Positions 9,605 to 19,800 of a DNA stretch of 64,000 bases are shown here, piece by piece (the stretch's first letter is position 1; every line of letters begins with the position of its first letter). A model generated the notes under the pieces. It was not told the DNA's origin and did no database searches. It was given only the letters and a program-made list of their open reading frames with translations. The DNA lies in assembly GCA_965261395.1 (NCBI GenBank), contig OZ253462.1, positions 3,872,001 to 3,936,000 on the forward strand. Direction: 5' to 3'. The DNA is from Candidatus Latescibacterota bacterium. GTDB taxonomy: Bacteria > Latescibacterota > UBA2968 > UBA8231. Made by a program: the position numbers and the translations under genes.

Positions 9605-11709
9605 TAGTAGGCGATGCCCAGCGTCAGCAGTTGTTTTGTCTGGGCAATTTCGGTTAGCAGCGAGACGGAGAGCAGGTAGAAGCCCGGTGACAATAGTTGG
9701 CCCGTTTGATCTCGACCGTCCCAGCCGAGTTGGTGGGATCCGGACCTCTGCATGCCTTGCTCGATGTAAGCGACTCGACGGCCGTCGAGCGCATAAACTT
9801 CTAGCGCTACGGGTGCTGGGGCGGTGAGGCGGAACAAGGAATAGCTGATATCCAACTGGTCGTGGATGCCATCTCCGTTGGGGGTCAGCACTGGAGTGGA
9901 GAGGGTAAGCGACTGGATGAAATCGGGCGACTTACTCGCGGCAGCCAGCACCTGTAGACTGCTTGTCGAGATCGCCTCGCTAGCATCGCCGGGCGCGATC
10001 GGTTGGGGCAGGCTTTCGCTACTCGCGTTAAATATGTCACCAGCAAAAGTAGCGGCGAGTTCGAAAACTTCGCTGGCGAATACTACGCGTATGGGGGCAT
10101 TGTTGGTGTGGGATATTTTTTCGCTCAGGTGAAGGATCAGGCTGTCTTCTCCTTCTATTACTTGGGCCGGATCGACTGTAGCGGGCGGTGAACCCATTGC
10201 TAGGCTGCGGAAGATGGCTTTGCTGCCTGTGTGGATCCGCAGTGCGTCGAAGCCCGGTGTGGTCCCATCGTCGAATTCGGCGCGAACTTCGTAAACGAAT
10301 TCAGTCTGTTGACCCAATTCCACTTCGGTGATGCCCCGCGTTGGTTGCAGATCGTCAAGCTTAGCCACTTCGGCGTAAACTTCATCGGCCAAGAGCGGGG
10401 CCGTCTCGATCCACAGTGAGTCGAGACGTATCCATGCGTTGAAGTCCCTGCTCTCCAATGCAAGATTGAGTTGTAGATGCGATCCACTTCTGAGTCGGAG
10501 ATTGCCTCCAGATTTGGTAAAAGGTACCGACCAGAAGGACCAATTTTCACTATCGTAGCCGACCGAGGCGCGTAGGCCGGGTTGGGGTTCGCGGTTGAAC
10601 AGCGGCGTGAGCGCCTCATAGGCTGCGCGCGATACTTCTCTTTCGCGGCCGAGATCGGTGAATTCGTTGTAGGTCACGGGATTGCCGTCGCGGCCGACGC
10701 GGACTTCGGCCCTGAGCCAGACCGCAGCGTCGGGAGCCTCCACTGCCACTCCGTTTTCTAGGCGCAGCGCTGTGGCCGACCAATGCAGGCGGCCGAAGTT
10801 GACGGCTTCGCCGAGATCGATGGTCTGGCTGAGGTAGACGGCCCTTTGCGGCACGCCTTGGGCGAATATTTCAAAGCCGCCGATGGAGCCCTTTAGCGCC
10901 TGAGCTTGCACCCCCTCGCTGCCGCAGTCTTGGCAGGTGCTGACCGCGTCCTCATCAACCACCGAGAGTTGCCGCCGCCAGCGGAAGTAACGCACGTATT
11001 GCCGTGGGAAATCGACGTGGACGGTGGGATCGAGGTTTTCGGCCACGTTGGCTATCATTTGCTGGAAGGGTTCATAGCCGGCAGATTGCCAAGATTCTGG
11101 GCAGTTGTCCGGTAGCCAGATCCCGACGTTGTTGATGCAGAAATCCTCGCCACCAAACTTGCTGGCAGGCCCGACTATGGCCGGCTCCGCTTCGTCGCCA
11201 ATGGAGATGTCGAAAGCCGGGGTGGCATCGGTGTTCAGCGGTGTACCATCGGAGCGAAAGCCCTGGGAGGGCGTAAAGAATCCGAACTGCAAAGCGGGGA
11301 TCGGCACGGCGGTGTCGAAGGTGTAGAACAGGTCCTTTATTCCTTCCGAGCGGGGTGCGTTGTAAGTGGTAGAGTCCGCGTCGATCAGGAAGACGCCACT
11401 CTGAGTCGGGTCGCCGCCCCTGCCATTCCACCGCTTCCAAACGCGCGGCATATAGCCATCGACATAGCTGAGATTTCTTACGCCGGGAACTCGCCAGAGT
11501 TGCCAGTTTTCCAGCAGGGGAAGGAGGTTTTGGTCCGGCTGCAGATAGCGCGGTTGGATAGAACCGGGGGCGTTGTCAAAATCGACTAAAACCTGCAGGG
11601 AATCGCCTTGGTCCCAAGCTAGGCCGCTGCCACCGATCTGCCACTTTCCAATCTGGGCGTGGCTAACCGTAGCCGCGAGGACCAGGACCAAGAGCCAAGT
11701 ACCGCGCAT
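9604..11709 (-). CDS. Secreted protein with C-terminal FlgD Ig-like domain
   Basis: Signal peptide MRGTWLLVLVLAATVSHA; LTPNGDG..WDGRD..G.Y tail. Confidence 0.8.
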   Translation of the reverse strand: MRGTWLLVLVLAATVSHAQIGKWQIGGSGLAWDQGDSLQVLVDFDNAPGSIQPRYLQPDQNLLPLLENWQLWRVPGVRNLSYVDGYMPRVWKRWNGRGGDPTQSGVFLIDADSTTYNAPRSEGIKDLFYTFDTAVPIPALQFGFFTPSQGFRSDGTPLNTDATPAFDISIGDEAEPAIVGPASKFGGEDFCINNVGIWLPDNCPESWQSAGYEPFQQMIANVAENLDPTVHVDFPRQYVRYFRWRRQLSVVDEDAVSTCQDCGSEGVQAQALKGSIGGFEIFAQGVPQRAVYLSQTIDLGEAVNFGRLHWSATALRLENGVAVEAPDAAVWLRAEVRVGRDGNPVTYNEFTDLGREREVSRAAYEALTPLFNREPQPGLRASVGYDSENWSFWSVPFTKSGGNLRLRSGSHLQLNLALESRDFNAWIRLDSLWIETAPLLADEVYAEVAKLDDLQPTRGITEVELGQQTEFVYEVRAEFDDGTTPGFDALRIHTGSKAIFRSLAMGSPPATVDPAQVIEGEDSLILHLSEKISHTNNAPIRVVFASEVFELAATFAGDIFNASSESLPQPIAPGDASEAISTSSLQVLAAASKSPDFIQSLTLSTPVLTPNGDGIHDQLDISYSLFRLTAPAPVALEVYALDGRRVAYIEQGMQRSGSHQLGWDGRDQTGQLLSPGFYLLSVSLLTEIAQTKQLLTLGIAY

Positions 11710-11831
11710 TGGACTGTACCTTCGCTAGGAGTAACACGAACGGGAAGATAACGAATAATATGGAGAGGGAGAAAGTCAGCACAAAGCACTAGCTGAGCAG
11801 TCAACAGTCCCATCCTGAGAGGTGCCTGCTG

Positions 11832-13094
11832 CTATGGCAGCGAGCCGTTCGGTTCGCCCGCATGATTGTCTCGATGCCTAAAACAAAGCCAAAAAATCGC
11901 CGCGCCAGAGGCAGTTAAGCAGCCTGCCATAAGAAATAGAGCGCGATATCCCACCGCTTCAATCATATAACCCCCACCTAGCGATACGCCGGCATAACCA
12001 AAGCCGGTCATGGTGGCCGCCGCCCCGGCCATCGCTGTCCGCCAGCGCAGTGGCATCATTTCCTGTTGGAACACGGTAAAGGCCGGTCGGCGGATCCCCG
12101 CCAGGCACATCGTGCCCATAAGGCATAAACCAGCGATGCCCCAATGGGGAATTAAAGCGAGGGGGACCAATATCAGGGCCGAGCACAAAACTGCTCCATT
12201 GAACGTGCGGGTGCTCCCAAAACGTCGCACTAGAAAGGGCATCATTAGGGCGGCGGGAATGGCGAGTAATTGTCCTGAGGCGGCCAGCGTGCCAATGAGG
12301 GCGGTACTCGCATTTAATGCGTCATCTAGATAGACGTTTAAAAAAGTGCGGACTGCACCTTCACCGGCGGTATAAAGAAACGCAATAAAAGAGAGTAGCA
12401 GGATGAGCTTCAGCGGCAAAGGGGAGGCATCCGTTGGCGTGTCCTCATGGCGTTCGCGGGTCTGTTGACCCGTTGCCACAAGGACAAACACGCCTGGGGT
12501 GAGTAGCAGGGAAGCAACGAGCAATGTATGCCGATAGGGGGTGGGATGGTCGAGGGAAAGTTGTAAGAGGCCGGCAAAGCCGCCCGGCAGGAAACCCCCG
12601 ACCAAACTGCCCGCGAAACCCGCCAGGGGAAAGAGCGCGGCTTGGAGCGAGAATACGTGGTGGCGCTGGGCGGCGCTGGAGACCTCCATTAGGTAGGGAT
12701 AGCCGTTGACGATATACAGCGAGATGCCGAGTAATCCGAGGGAGTTCGTGCTGAGAATAAAGCTTTGCTGGTGGATCTTAGGGACGAACTCAGCTTGGGA
12801 AAGCAACGCATGGCCGACGATGGCCAAGCTAAGGCCGAGGATCATGGTGCGGCGATTGCCCCAACGGCTGCCGAGGAAACTGCTCGGTAGGCTGGATAGG
12901 GCAAAGGCTAGGCCGCCGACGGCGTTGACTTGGCCGACAAATGCGGGACCGTAGCCCAGCCGCAGCAGATATAAATTGAACAATAGCGAGTAAATGCCGC
13001 TGAATAGGCAAAATCCAACCAACCCAGAAGCAAACAGATACAGGCGAATGTCGCGATTGAAATGGCGAATTGTGCGCAGATATTGGGCTGGCAT
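11832..13094 (-). CDS. MFS transporter
   Basis: ~12 hydrophobic segments; loop motif G(S)RWGNRR. Confidence 0.85.
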   Translation of the reverse strand: MPAQYLRTIRHFNRDIRLYLFASGLVGFCLFSGIYSLLFNLYLLRLGYGPAFVGQVNAVGGLAFALSSLPSSFLGSRWGNRRTMILGLSLAIVGHALLSQAEFVPKIHQQSFILSTNSLGLLGISLYIVNGYPYLMEVSSAAQRHHVFSLQAALFPLAGFAGSLVGGFLPGGFAGLLQLSLDHPTPYRHTLLVASLLLTPGVFVLVATGQQTRERHEDTPTDASPLPLKLILLLSFIAFLYTAGEGAVRTFLNVYLDDALNASTALIGTLAASGQLLAIPAALMMPFLVRRFGSTRTFNGAVLCSALILVPLALIPHWGIAGLCLMGTMCLAGIRRPAFTVFQQEMMPLRWRTAMAGAAATMTGFGYAGVSLGGGYMIEAVGYRALFLMAGCLTASGAAIFWLCFRHRDNHAGEPNGSLP

Positions 13095-13135
13095 ACTGCG
13101 GGCTTATGGATCGGGGGCGATGGGACGAACTAGAT

Positions 13136-14671
13136 CTAGACTATCTTCCTTTTTTTGTGCCGATCCTTCTTTCCGTTCGGCGTCCTGCCTTTGGCGCTAA
13201 CGGTAAGCCTCTTTTTTTTCGTACCGGCCTTAAGAGGAAAGGGAGCGGCTTTACTACGGCGGGGATGCCCATTCGGTGATTTTGTTGCTGGCTGTGCCTT
13301 CTCGTGCTGGTCAGCACTCCGTTCATGGTGCGTTCGCCGCTCCGCGTTCGCCGCAAGGAGTAGCGGTTCGTCGCCTTGGACCATCTTCGCTAGGGCTGAA
13401 GCCACATCCAGCGCCGTTATATTGTGCTCCTGTTGATATTGCTCGACGATCGTGCGGAACAGACCTAGGTCCTCAGTCGCAAGCACATTGGTAATCATCT
13501 GCTTAAAGCGGGCGATGCGCTGATCGTTGATTGCCGCGGTCGAAGGAAGCTGCAAAAGCGGGATCTTCTGTTGAGTGGACCGCTCTATGGCGTAGAGCAA
13601 GCGGCGCTCGCGTGGCGCGACAAAGAGAATCGCTTCGCCGGCACGTCCCGCTCGGCCGGTGCGTCCGATGCGGTGGATATAGGCTTCGACATCGGAGGGG
13701 ATATCGAAGTTGATGACGTGGCTGATGCGGTCGATGTCCAAGCCGCGCGCGGCGATATCTGTGGCCACGAGGATATCGAGTTGGCCCTTCTTCAGTTGTG
13801 CTACCGTTTCTTCGCGTCGTTTTTGCGCCATATCGCCGCTCAGGGCCGCACAGGCGTAGCCGCGGGCTTCCAGTTTTTCGGCTAATTCAACCGTTGCCGT
13901 CCGCGTGCGGACAAAGATCAAGATACCGTCGAAAGGTTCAGCTTCCAAGATGCGGGTCAGCGCATCGAGCTTGTGGTCTTTGCCGCTGACCATCCAATGG
14001 CGCTGGCGGATCTTATCGGCAGCAGACGTGCGCTCTTTAATGGCGATATGGGCTGGATCGCGTAGATGCTGCTCGGCGATGCGGCGGATCGGCGCTGGCA
14101 TCGTCGCGGAGAACAGGGCCGTCTGGTGGGTGTCCGGCGTTTGCTCTAAAATCCACTCGACATCTTCGATAAAGCCCATCCGCAGCATTTCGTCCGCCTC
14201 GTCCAGCACCAAGCAACTCAGGCTGTCCAGACGCAGGGTCTTGCGGCGCATATGGTCCATCACCCGGCCCGGCGTGCCGACCACTACATGCACGCCGCGC
14301 TTAAGCGAGCGCAATTGGCCGTCGTAGGCTTGGCCCCCATAGATGGGTAAGACGTGAAAACCCGGGATATGCGCGGCATAGCGCTGGAACGCCTCGGCGA
14401 CTTGGATGGCCAACTCGCGAGTGGGGGTTAAAACCAGCGTTTGCACTTCCCGGCGCCTAAAGTCGATCCGCGAGAGCAATGGTAGGGCAAAGGCCGCGGT
14501 TTTACCCGTGCCGGTTTGCGCCTGGCCGACTACATCGCGTCCGGCCAGCACCAACGGGATGGTCTGTTCTTGGATCGGCGTTGGAACCTCGTAGCCGACT
14601 TCGGTCAGTGATTTGAGTACGGGCCCAGCTAACGCAAGGTCTTGAAATTTCGTGCCGGATACTGCGGACAT
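13136..14671 (-). CDS. deaD: DEAD-box RNA helicase, DeaD/CsdA-like, with a basic tail instead of the DbpA domain
   Basis: Q motif, AQTGTGKT, PTRELA, LDEADEML.MGF, SAT, HRIGRTGRAGR. Confidence 0.88.
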   Translation of the reverse strand: MSAVSGTKFQDLALAGPVLKSLTEVGYEVPTPIQEQTIPLVLAGRDVVGQAQTGTGKTAAFALPLLSRIDFRRREVQTLVLTPTRELAIQVAEAFQRYAAHIPGFHVLPIYGGQAYDGQLRSLKRGVHVVVGTPGRVMDHMRRKTLRLDSLSCLVLDEADEMLRMGFIEDVEWILEQTPDTHQTALFSATMPAPIRRIAEQHLRDPAHIAIKERTSAADKIRQRHWMVSGKDHKLDALTRILEAEPFDGILIFVRTRTATVELAEKLEARGYACAALSGDMAQKRREETVAQLKKGQLDILVATDIAARGLDIDRISHVINFDIPSDVEAYIHRIGRTGRAGRAGEAILFVAPRERRLLYAIERSTQQKIPLLQLPSTAAINDQRIARFKQMITNVLATEDLGLFRTIVEQYQQEHNITALDVASALAKMVQGDEPLLLAANAERRTHHERSADQHEKAQPATKSPNGHPRRSKAAPFPLKAGTKKKRLTVSAKGRTPNGKKDRHKKRKIV

Positions 14672-14675
14672 GGGT

Positions 14676-16544
14676 CTATTCTTCTTTCTTGGCGTTTTTT
14701 TCGGCGCGGTAGCGCAGGCTGTGTTGCAGCTCTCTCTTGCGCATGCGCAGGGCCTTGGGCGTCACTTCCAAGAGCTCGTCGTTGTTCAGATATCCAATCG
14801 CCTCGTCAAGCGTTAGGATGCGCGCCGGTGAGAGTGAGTCCAATATGGTCTTGGGCGCAGCGCGGTGCCCCGTCAGGTGTTTGGTGCGGCAGACATTGAT
14901 GACCAAGTCTTCGTTGCGGATAGTCTCGCCGACGACTTGACCGGCATAGACTTCCTCGCCAGGGCGAATAAAAAAAGTGCCGCGCTGCTGTAGATGCTCC
15001 AGCGCATAAGCACTGGCGGTGCCGCGCTCGTGCGAGATAAGCGAGCCGTGTTCTTGCACGTCGATCTCCCCAGCCACCGGCTCGTAGTCGTGGAAGAGCG
15101 TGTTAAAGGTGCCCGTACCGCGCGTGGTATTTAAGTAGGGCTGGCGAAACCCGAGCATCCCGCGGGTGGGAACGAAGAATTCGGCATAGACTACGCCGTC
15201 ATCGCCGTGGCGGATGTCCTGTAGCCGCCCGCGCCTTTTGCCGAGAATTTCGCTAACGAGCCCTAAATACTCGGCAAGCACCTCGATAAAGACTCGCTCG
15301 ACGGGTTCGAGAAGGCCTCGCGTACTCGGGCGAAAGATGACCTCGGGATTGCTCACCGCTAGCTCGTAGCCCTCGCGTCGCATTGTTTCGATCAGGATGG
15401 CCAAGTGCAACTCGCCGCGTCCAGACACGACAAACTCGCCCGAACGCTCCAAGTCCTCCACGCGCAGCGCGACATTGCTTTCCAACTCATCGAAGAGCCG
15501 TTTGCGGAGTTCGCGGCTGGTCACGAAGCGGCCCTCGCGCCCGGAGAAGGGGCTGTCGTTGACCTTGAAGAGCATGCGTACTGTCGGCTCTTCGACTTTG
15601 ATCGGCGGTAGCGCCACGGGTCGGGCCGGGCAGGTCAGCGTATCGCCGATACCGACGTCGGGCACGCCGGCGACGGCGACGATATTGCCGGCGTGGACTT
15701 GCTCGACCGGCTCGCGCTTGAGGTTGCGGAAGACGAAAACCTGTCCGATCGTGGCCGGCTGCATCTCGCCTTCGGCGTTGATGTGGACAATTGCCTGACC
15801 GGCGGCCAGCGAACCGCTGCTCAAACGGCCGACGGCGATCTTGCCGACATACGAGCTGTGCTCCAAGGTCGTAACCAATAACTGCGGCGGACCGTCTATT
15901 GCGATCTGCGGCGGGGGGAGGTGGTCGACGATCGCATCGAATAAGGGGACTAGATTTTCGGCTATCTGATCAGGTGCAAGTCCGGCGCGGCCCTCTAAGG
16001 CCCGGGTGTAAACCACGGGGAAGTCGGCCTGTTCGTCGTTGGCCCCGAGGTCGATAAAAAGATCAAAGGTGGCGTCGATCACTGCGTCGGGGCGGGCGGC
16101 GGGCCGGTCTATTTTGTTGACGACGACGATGGCCTTGTGCCCGCGCTCCAGCGCTTGCTTGAGGACGAAGCGCGTCTGCGGCATCGGCCCCTCGACGGCG
16201 TCAATGAGCAACACCACGCCATCGACCATATTCATAATGCGCTCGACTTCACCGCCGAAGTCGGTGTGGCCGGGGGTATCGACGATATTGATGGTAGTGC
16301 CGTCGTAGATAATGCCCGTGTTCTTGGCCAAGATTGTGATGCCGCGCTCGCGCTCGAGGTCGTTGGAGTCGAGGATGCGTTCGGCGACTTGCTGGTGCGC
16401 CTCGAAGACATTGCTCTGTTTGAGCATGCCGTCGACTAGGGTGGTTTTACCATGGTCAACGTGGGCGATGATGGCCACATTGCGGATATCGGTGCGGGGT
16501 ACCGTTTGCACTGCGTCTTGCGTTACGGATTCGGGTTGGGTCAT
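14676..16544 (-). CDS. typA: Translational GTPase TypA/BipA
   Basis: [57 protein letters not shown]. Confidence 0.95.
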   Translation of the reverse strand: MTQPESVTQDAVQTVPRTDIRNVAIIAHVDHGKTTLVDGMLKQSNVFEAHQQVAERILDSNDLERERGITILAKNTGIIYDGTTINIVDTPGHTDFGGEVERIMNMVDGVVLLIDAVEGPMPQTRFVLKQALERGHKAIVVVNKIDRPAARPDAVIDATFDLFIDLGANDEQADFPVVYTRALEGRAGLAPDQIAENLVPLFDAIVDHLPPPQIAIDGPPQLLVTTLEHSSYVGKIAVGRLSSGSLAAGQAIVHINAEGEMQPATIGQVFVFRNLKREPVEQVHAGNIVAVAGVPDVGIGDTLTCPARPVALPPIKVEEPTVRMLFKVNDSPFSGREGRFVTSRELRKRLFDELESNVALRVEDLERSGEFVVSGRGELHLAILIETMRREGYELAVSNPEVIFRPSTRGLLEPVERVFIEVLAEYLGLVSEILGKRRGRLQDIRHGDDGVVYAEFFVPTRGMLGFRQPYLNTTRGTGTFNTLFHDYEPVAGEIDVQEHGSLISHERGTASAYALEHLQQRGTFFIRPGEEVYAGQVVGETIRNEDLVINVCRTKHLTGHRAAPKTILDSLSPARILTLDEAIGYLNNDELLEVTPKALRMRKRELQHSLRYRAEKNAKKEE

Positions 16545-16564
16545 GGATCCTCTAGGATTGGGCC

Positions 16565-16612
16565 AATAAAAGGAAAGGGGGCCGCGCTGTGGCTTTCTGC
16601 GCGGCCCCCTTT
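16565..16612 (-). terminator. Intrinsic terminator hairpin in the typA leader (probable attenuator)
   Basis: 14-bp stem aaagggggccgcgc/gcgcggcccccttt with U-rich tail on the minus strand, ending ~20 nt before the typA ATG. Confidence 0.75.
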
Positions 16613-16851
16613 TATGGTCGCCGCACGAGCTAACTCTACGCGGCGGATTCGCTGAGCGTTTCGTCTAATCGATTTGGAAGCTGTCTAATTTTTTATAAGA
16701 CAATGCCTTAGAGTAAATTAGGGTGCTTTTGAATATTGGGCAAATAAATGGCCCTCGCGCCGCGCATCCGACGCAGCAAACGCATCCTCTCCCGGACGCC
16801 GTAGCAGTATTTTGCTGACCAACGAATGGTATCTCGAGACTCGTTCGGGCC

Positions 16852-18000
16852 TCAAACTTCACTGGCGAGGATGCGGTCGATCACGGCCTTGGCATTGCCG
16901 CACCAGCGCAGGACAATGACCAGCTCGCGCTCAGGCTCGACGAAGACGATGTTGCCGCCGGCTCCGCGCGCCGCAAAGCTGTCGAGGCAGGCCAGATCGG
17001 ACATGTCGTGCTGGTGGTTGAGCCACCACAGGAAGCCGTATTCGGGCTTGATGGGGCAGGGGGTGAGGGAGTGGTCAATCCACTGTTCGGAGAGGATTTG
17101 GCGGCCGTTCCAGCGCCCTCGCTGCTGGAAGAGCAGGCCAAAGCGGGCGTGGCCGTAGGTGGTGATCCACAGGCCGCCGCCCCAGTGCGTGCCGCCGGAG
17201 ACGGATTGGGCCCTTTGGCCGCCTTCCTCGACCCAAGAGGTTTCGTACCCGTGCCATTCCCAAGTGGGAGAGGCCCCAATGGGGTCCATGATGGTCTCTT
17301 TGAGCACTGGAGGTAAGGGGCCACGGAAAAGGCGCAACAGGCTGAGGGCGGTGCGGTTGACGCGGACGTCGTTGTACTCCCAGAAGGTGCCGGGCGGTTC
17401 CAGAGACCGGTAATCGTCGGCGCTGGAGGCCGCGCCGCCCACCGTGGCTTCGGCGGCACCTTGGCCTAGTTGGCGGCCGCGGTCAATCCAGTCGGGCAGC
17501 CCGAAGAGTTCGCCTTCCCACTCGCTGGTCTGTTGCAGCAAATGCCGCCAAGTGATGGGGGCGTTGTGGGCGCTGTCAAAGCCGCCGTCGGCGACCGTGC
17601 GGCCGACGGGTTCGTCCAGATCGCGGATTAGCCCTTGGTCGAAGGCCACCCCGGCCAGCGCTGAGATATAGCTCTTGGCGCAACTGAACGTGACTTCGAC
17701 GCTAGCGACCGGGCCGAAGGAGGCGACCAGATATCCTTGCCGCACGATCAGGCCGGCTGTGGCTCCCCGTTTTTGTTTTTTGAGTGGGCCTAACGGACGG
17801 TCGTTGGGGTGGCGGTCGCCCTTGGGCAGCATGGCGGCCAAATTGGTGGGGGCTTGGATCTCTTGGGTCTGGGCGAAGGCCAACGCCGCGGCTAGTTTGT
17901 CGGCGTCGAAGCCGGCCTGGGTGGGGCTGCGGCGCAGCCAATCGTAGGGGGTGGGGCAGTAGTTGGGCATGGTTTTTGGTCCGGTGTGGGTGATCTTCAT
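16852..18000 (-). CDS. Serine hydrolase, beta-lactamase/AmpC-like family
   Basis: S-x-x-K (FSCAKS), IT.RHLL.QTS, PG..W.YN, ARFGLL, YGFLWW. Confidence 0.88.
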   Translation of the reverse strand: MKITHTGPKTMPNYCPTPYDWLRRSPTQAGFDADKLAAALAFAQTQEIQAPTNLAAMLPKGDRHPNDRPLGPLKKQKRGATAGLIVRQGYLVASFGPVASVEVTFSCAKSYISALAGVAFDQGLIRDLDEPVGRTVADGGFDSAHNAPITWRHLLQQTSEWEGELFGLPDWIDRGRQLGQGAAEATVGGAASSADDYRSLEPPGTFWEYNDVRVNRTALSLLRLFRGPLPPVLKETIMDPIGASPTWEWHGYETSWVEEGGQRAQSVSGGTHWGGGLWITTYGHARFGLLFQQRGRWNGRQILSEQWIDHSLTPCPIKPEYGFLWWLNHQHDMSDLACLDSFAARGAGGNIVFVEPERELVIVLRWCGNAKAVIDRILASEV

Positions 18001-18051
18001 CTGTTCTCCTCTGAGGACGTTTACAGCTCGGGCACCGGACGCCGCTGGCGC

Positions 18052-19299
18052 TTATTTGCCGAAGAGGACGCCGCGCCGCTCGATCTCGCTGTAGAACTCG
18101 GCGAATTCGCTGCTGTCGTCGTCGGCGATGACCTCGAGCGTCGAGCCGGCCTCGAAAAGGGGCAGTCCGGCTTGCCGGTAGCGCCCGTGGAAAGCGCTCC
18201 TGTTGCCGGCGATGTGCGCGCTCTCGCCGCCGGAGCGGACATAGCGATAAAAGTGGCGAACCTCGTGTACCGTCGAGTAGTCCACCGCGTATTTCTGCAC
18301 CGCCGCCTCATCGATCTCGATACCTAGACCGGGCTCTTCGGGAACCGGGTAGTAGCCGCCCTGCACCTCGATCGGTCTCTTCAGCAGTTGACTCTGGTAG
18401 ATGTTCATGCAGGTGATGGCCGGCCACCGGGCCTCGGGGCAGACCGCCCCCACGTGAGCCGCCCACGCTGTGGTGATGCCGGTACCGACCAGCTGCAGCC
18501 AGAACGGCTTGTTGGCGGCCGCGACTACGGCCTGCTGTTGCATCAGTTGCGAGGCACCGCCCCCGATAATCAGGCCGTCCGCGATGTCGTCGCGCAGCAC
18601 CGTCATGATCGGAGGCCTGTCCACGTGCATGGCGATGGGCCGGTTGATCCGCGACCGAACCTGGAGGTTGCCGGCGATATCCTCCTGCGGTATCGGGGTC
18701 TCGATCATCGCCAGTTGCTCGTACTGTTCGAGCGATTTTAGCAGCGGGACCGCATTGGCGGCATTCACCAGGTGGCCGTTGAAATCGAGGTCGAGTCTAA
18801 ATTGCGGCGGAATTACGCGCAGCACCGCCTGCAGGCAGGCGTGCAGGTCCTGCCACGGCCTCGTCTTGAGCTTGGCCGACATGTACCCCCGCGCAACCGC
18901 CATCTCGCACTGTCGAGCCCAATCCTCCGGGCCCATGTCGCAGGTCCACCAGGAGATCGGACACCCGTTGCGTACCCGCGGCCCAAGCAGATCGCAGATC
19001 GGGACGTTTTCGTTTTTCGCCACGGCATCGAACAGGGCGATCTGCACGCCGGCGCCGAGCCCGTCGCGCCATAATAGAGCAGCTGCCTCTTCGCCGACGA
19101 TGCGCTCTGCGATGTCGTCAGGTACCTGGGAATGGGTGGCATTCGGGATGGTCTCGCCCCAACCGACGCCGCCGTTGTCCAGCGTCAGCTTGCATACCTG
19201 AACGATCCGCCACGGCGCAATCCAGTACTGCAGGTGCTGGCCAGCATACTTCTCGAATGGCACGTCGAGGTTGGTGAGTTCGACACTAGCCACCTTCAC
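18052..19299 (-). CDS. Mandelate racemase/muconate lactonizing enzyme (enolase superfamily)
   Basis: G.GE, KLK, LDFN, IETP, PGLGIEID motifs; RBS aaggag. Confidence 0.85.
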   Translation of the reverse strand: MKVASVELTNLDVPFEKYAGQHLQYWIAPWRIVQVCKLTLDNGGVGWGETIPNATHSQVPDDIAERIVGEEAAALLWRDGLGAGVQIALFDAVAKNENVPICDLLGPRVRNGCPISWWTCDMGPEDWARQCEMAVARGYMSAKLKTRPWQDLHACLQAVLRVIPPQFRLDLDFNGHLVNAANAVPLLKSLEQYEQLAMIETPIPQEDIAGNLQVRSRINRPIAMHVDRPPIMTVLRDDIADGLIIGGGASQLMQQQAVVAAANKPFWLQLVGTGITTAWAAHVGAVCPEARWPAITCMNIYQSQLLKRPIEVQGGYYPVPEEPGLGIEIDEAAVQKYAVDYSTVHEVRHFYRYVRSGGESAHIAGNRSAFHGRYRQAGLPLFEAGSTLEVIADDDSSEFAEFYSEIERRGVLFGK

Positions 19300-19800
19300 G
19301 TCGGATCTCCTTGGTGACTGGCGAGCCCGTCGCGACGGCTGCCCTGGCGTACGAGGACTTTCACGGTGAATCTCCGGTATTGGGGGTCGCGTCAGCAGCC
19401 TTCACAGAGTGTTTAAAGTATTGAAAAATGCTATGGCGAACAATCCGCTTACTGCTCCGGGAGACGGTCGAGCTGGTTTTGCTGGAGACCTATTTCGATC
19501 TCAACGATGCGTGGATGATCCCGTTTCAGCTTCAGGCCGCTGATGATGAACTTGGGTCAAGAGGACGCCAAAGGCGTCAAAGCGCGGTTGCGCAGTCCGG
19601 GAGCGGAGGGCGAAGTCTGGGCCAGCGGACAGGCAGACATCCCGGCCCGGTCCGTCGTGGTCGCCCTGTTGGCCATACTGCCGGGCAAGCAATACAATGG
19701 CTGGACTGGCACCGAGATTTTGGAGGTTGAAGCGCCGGGATCCGCGGTGTTTAATTTCACGGATTCTCGTTTCCACGGGAGATAGAGTGACGACTCTGAT

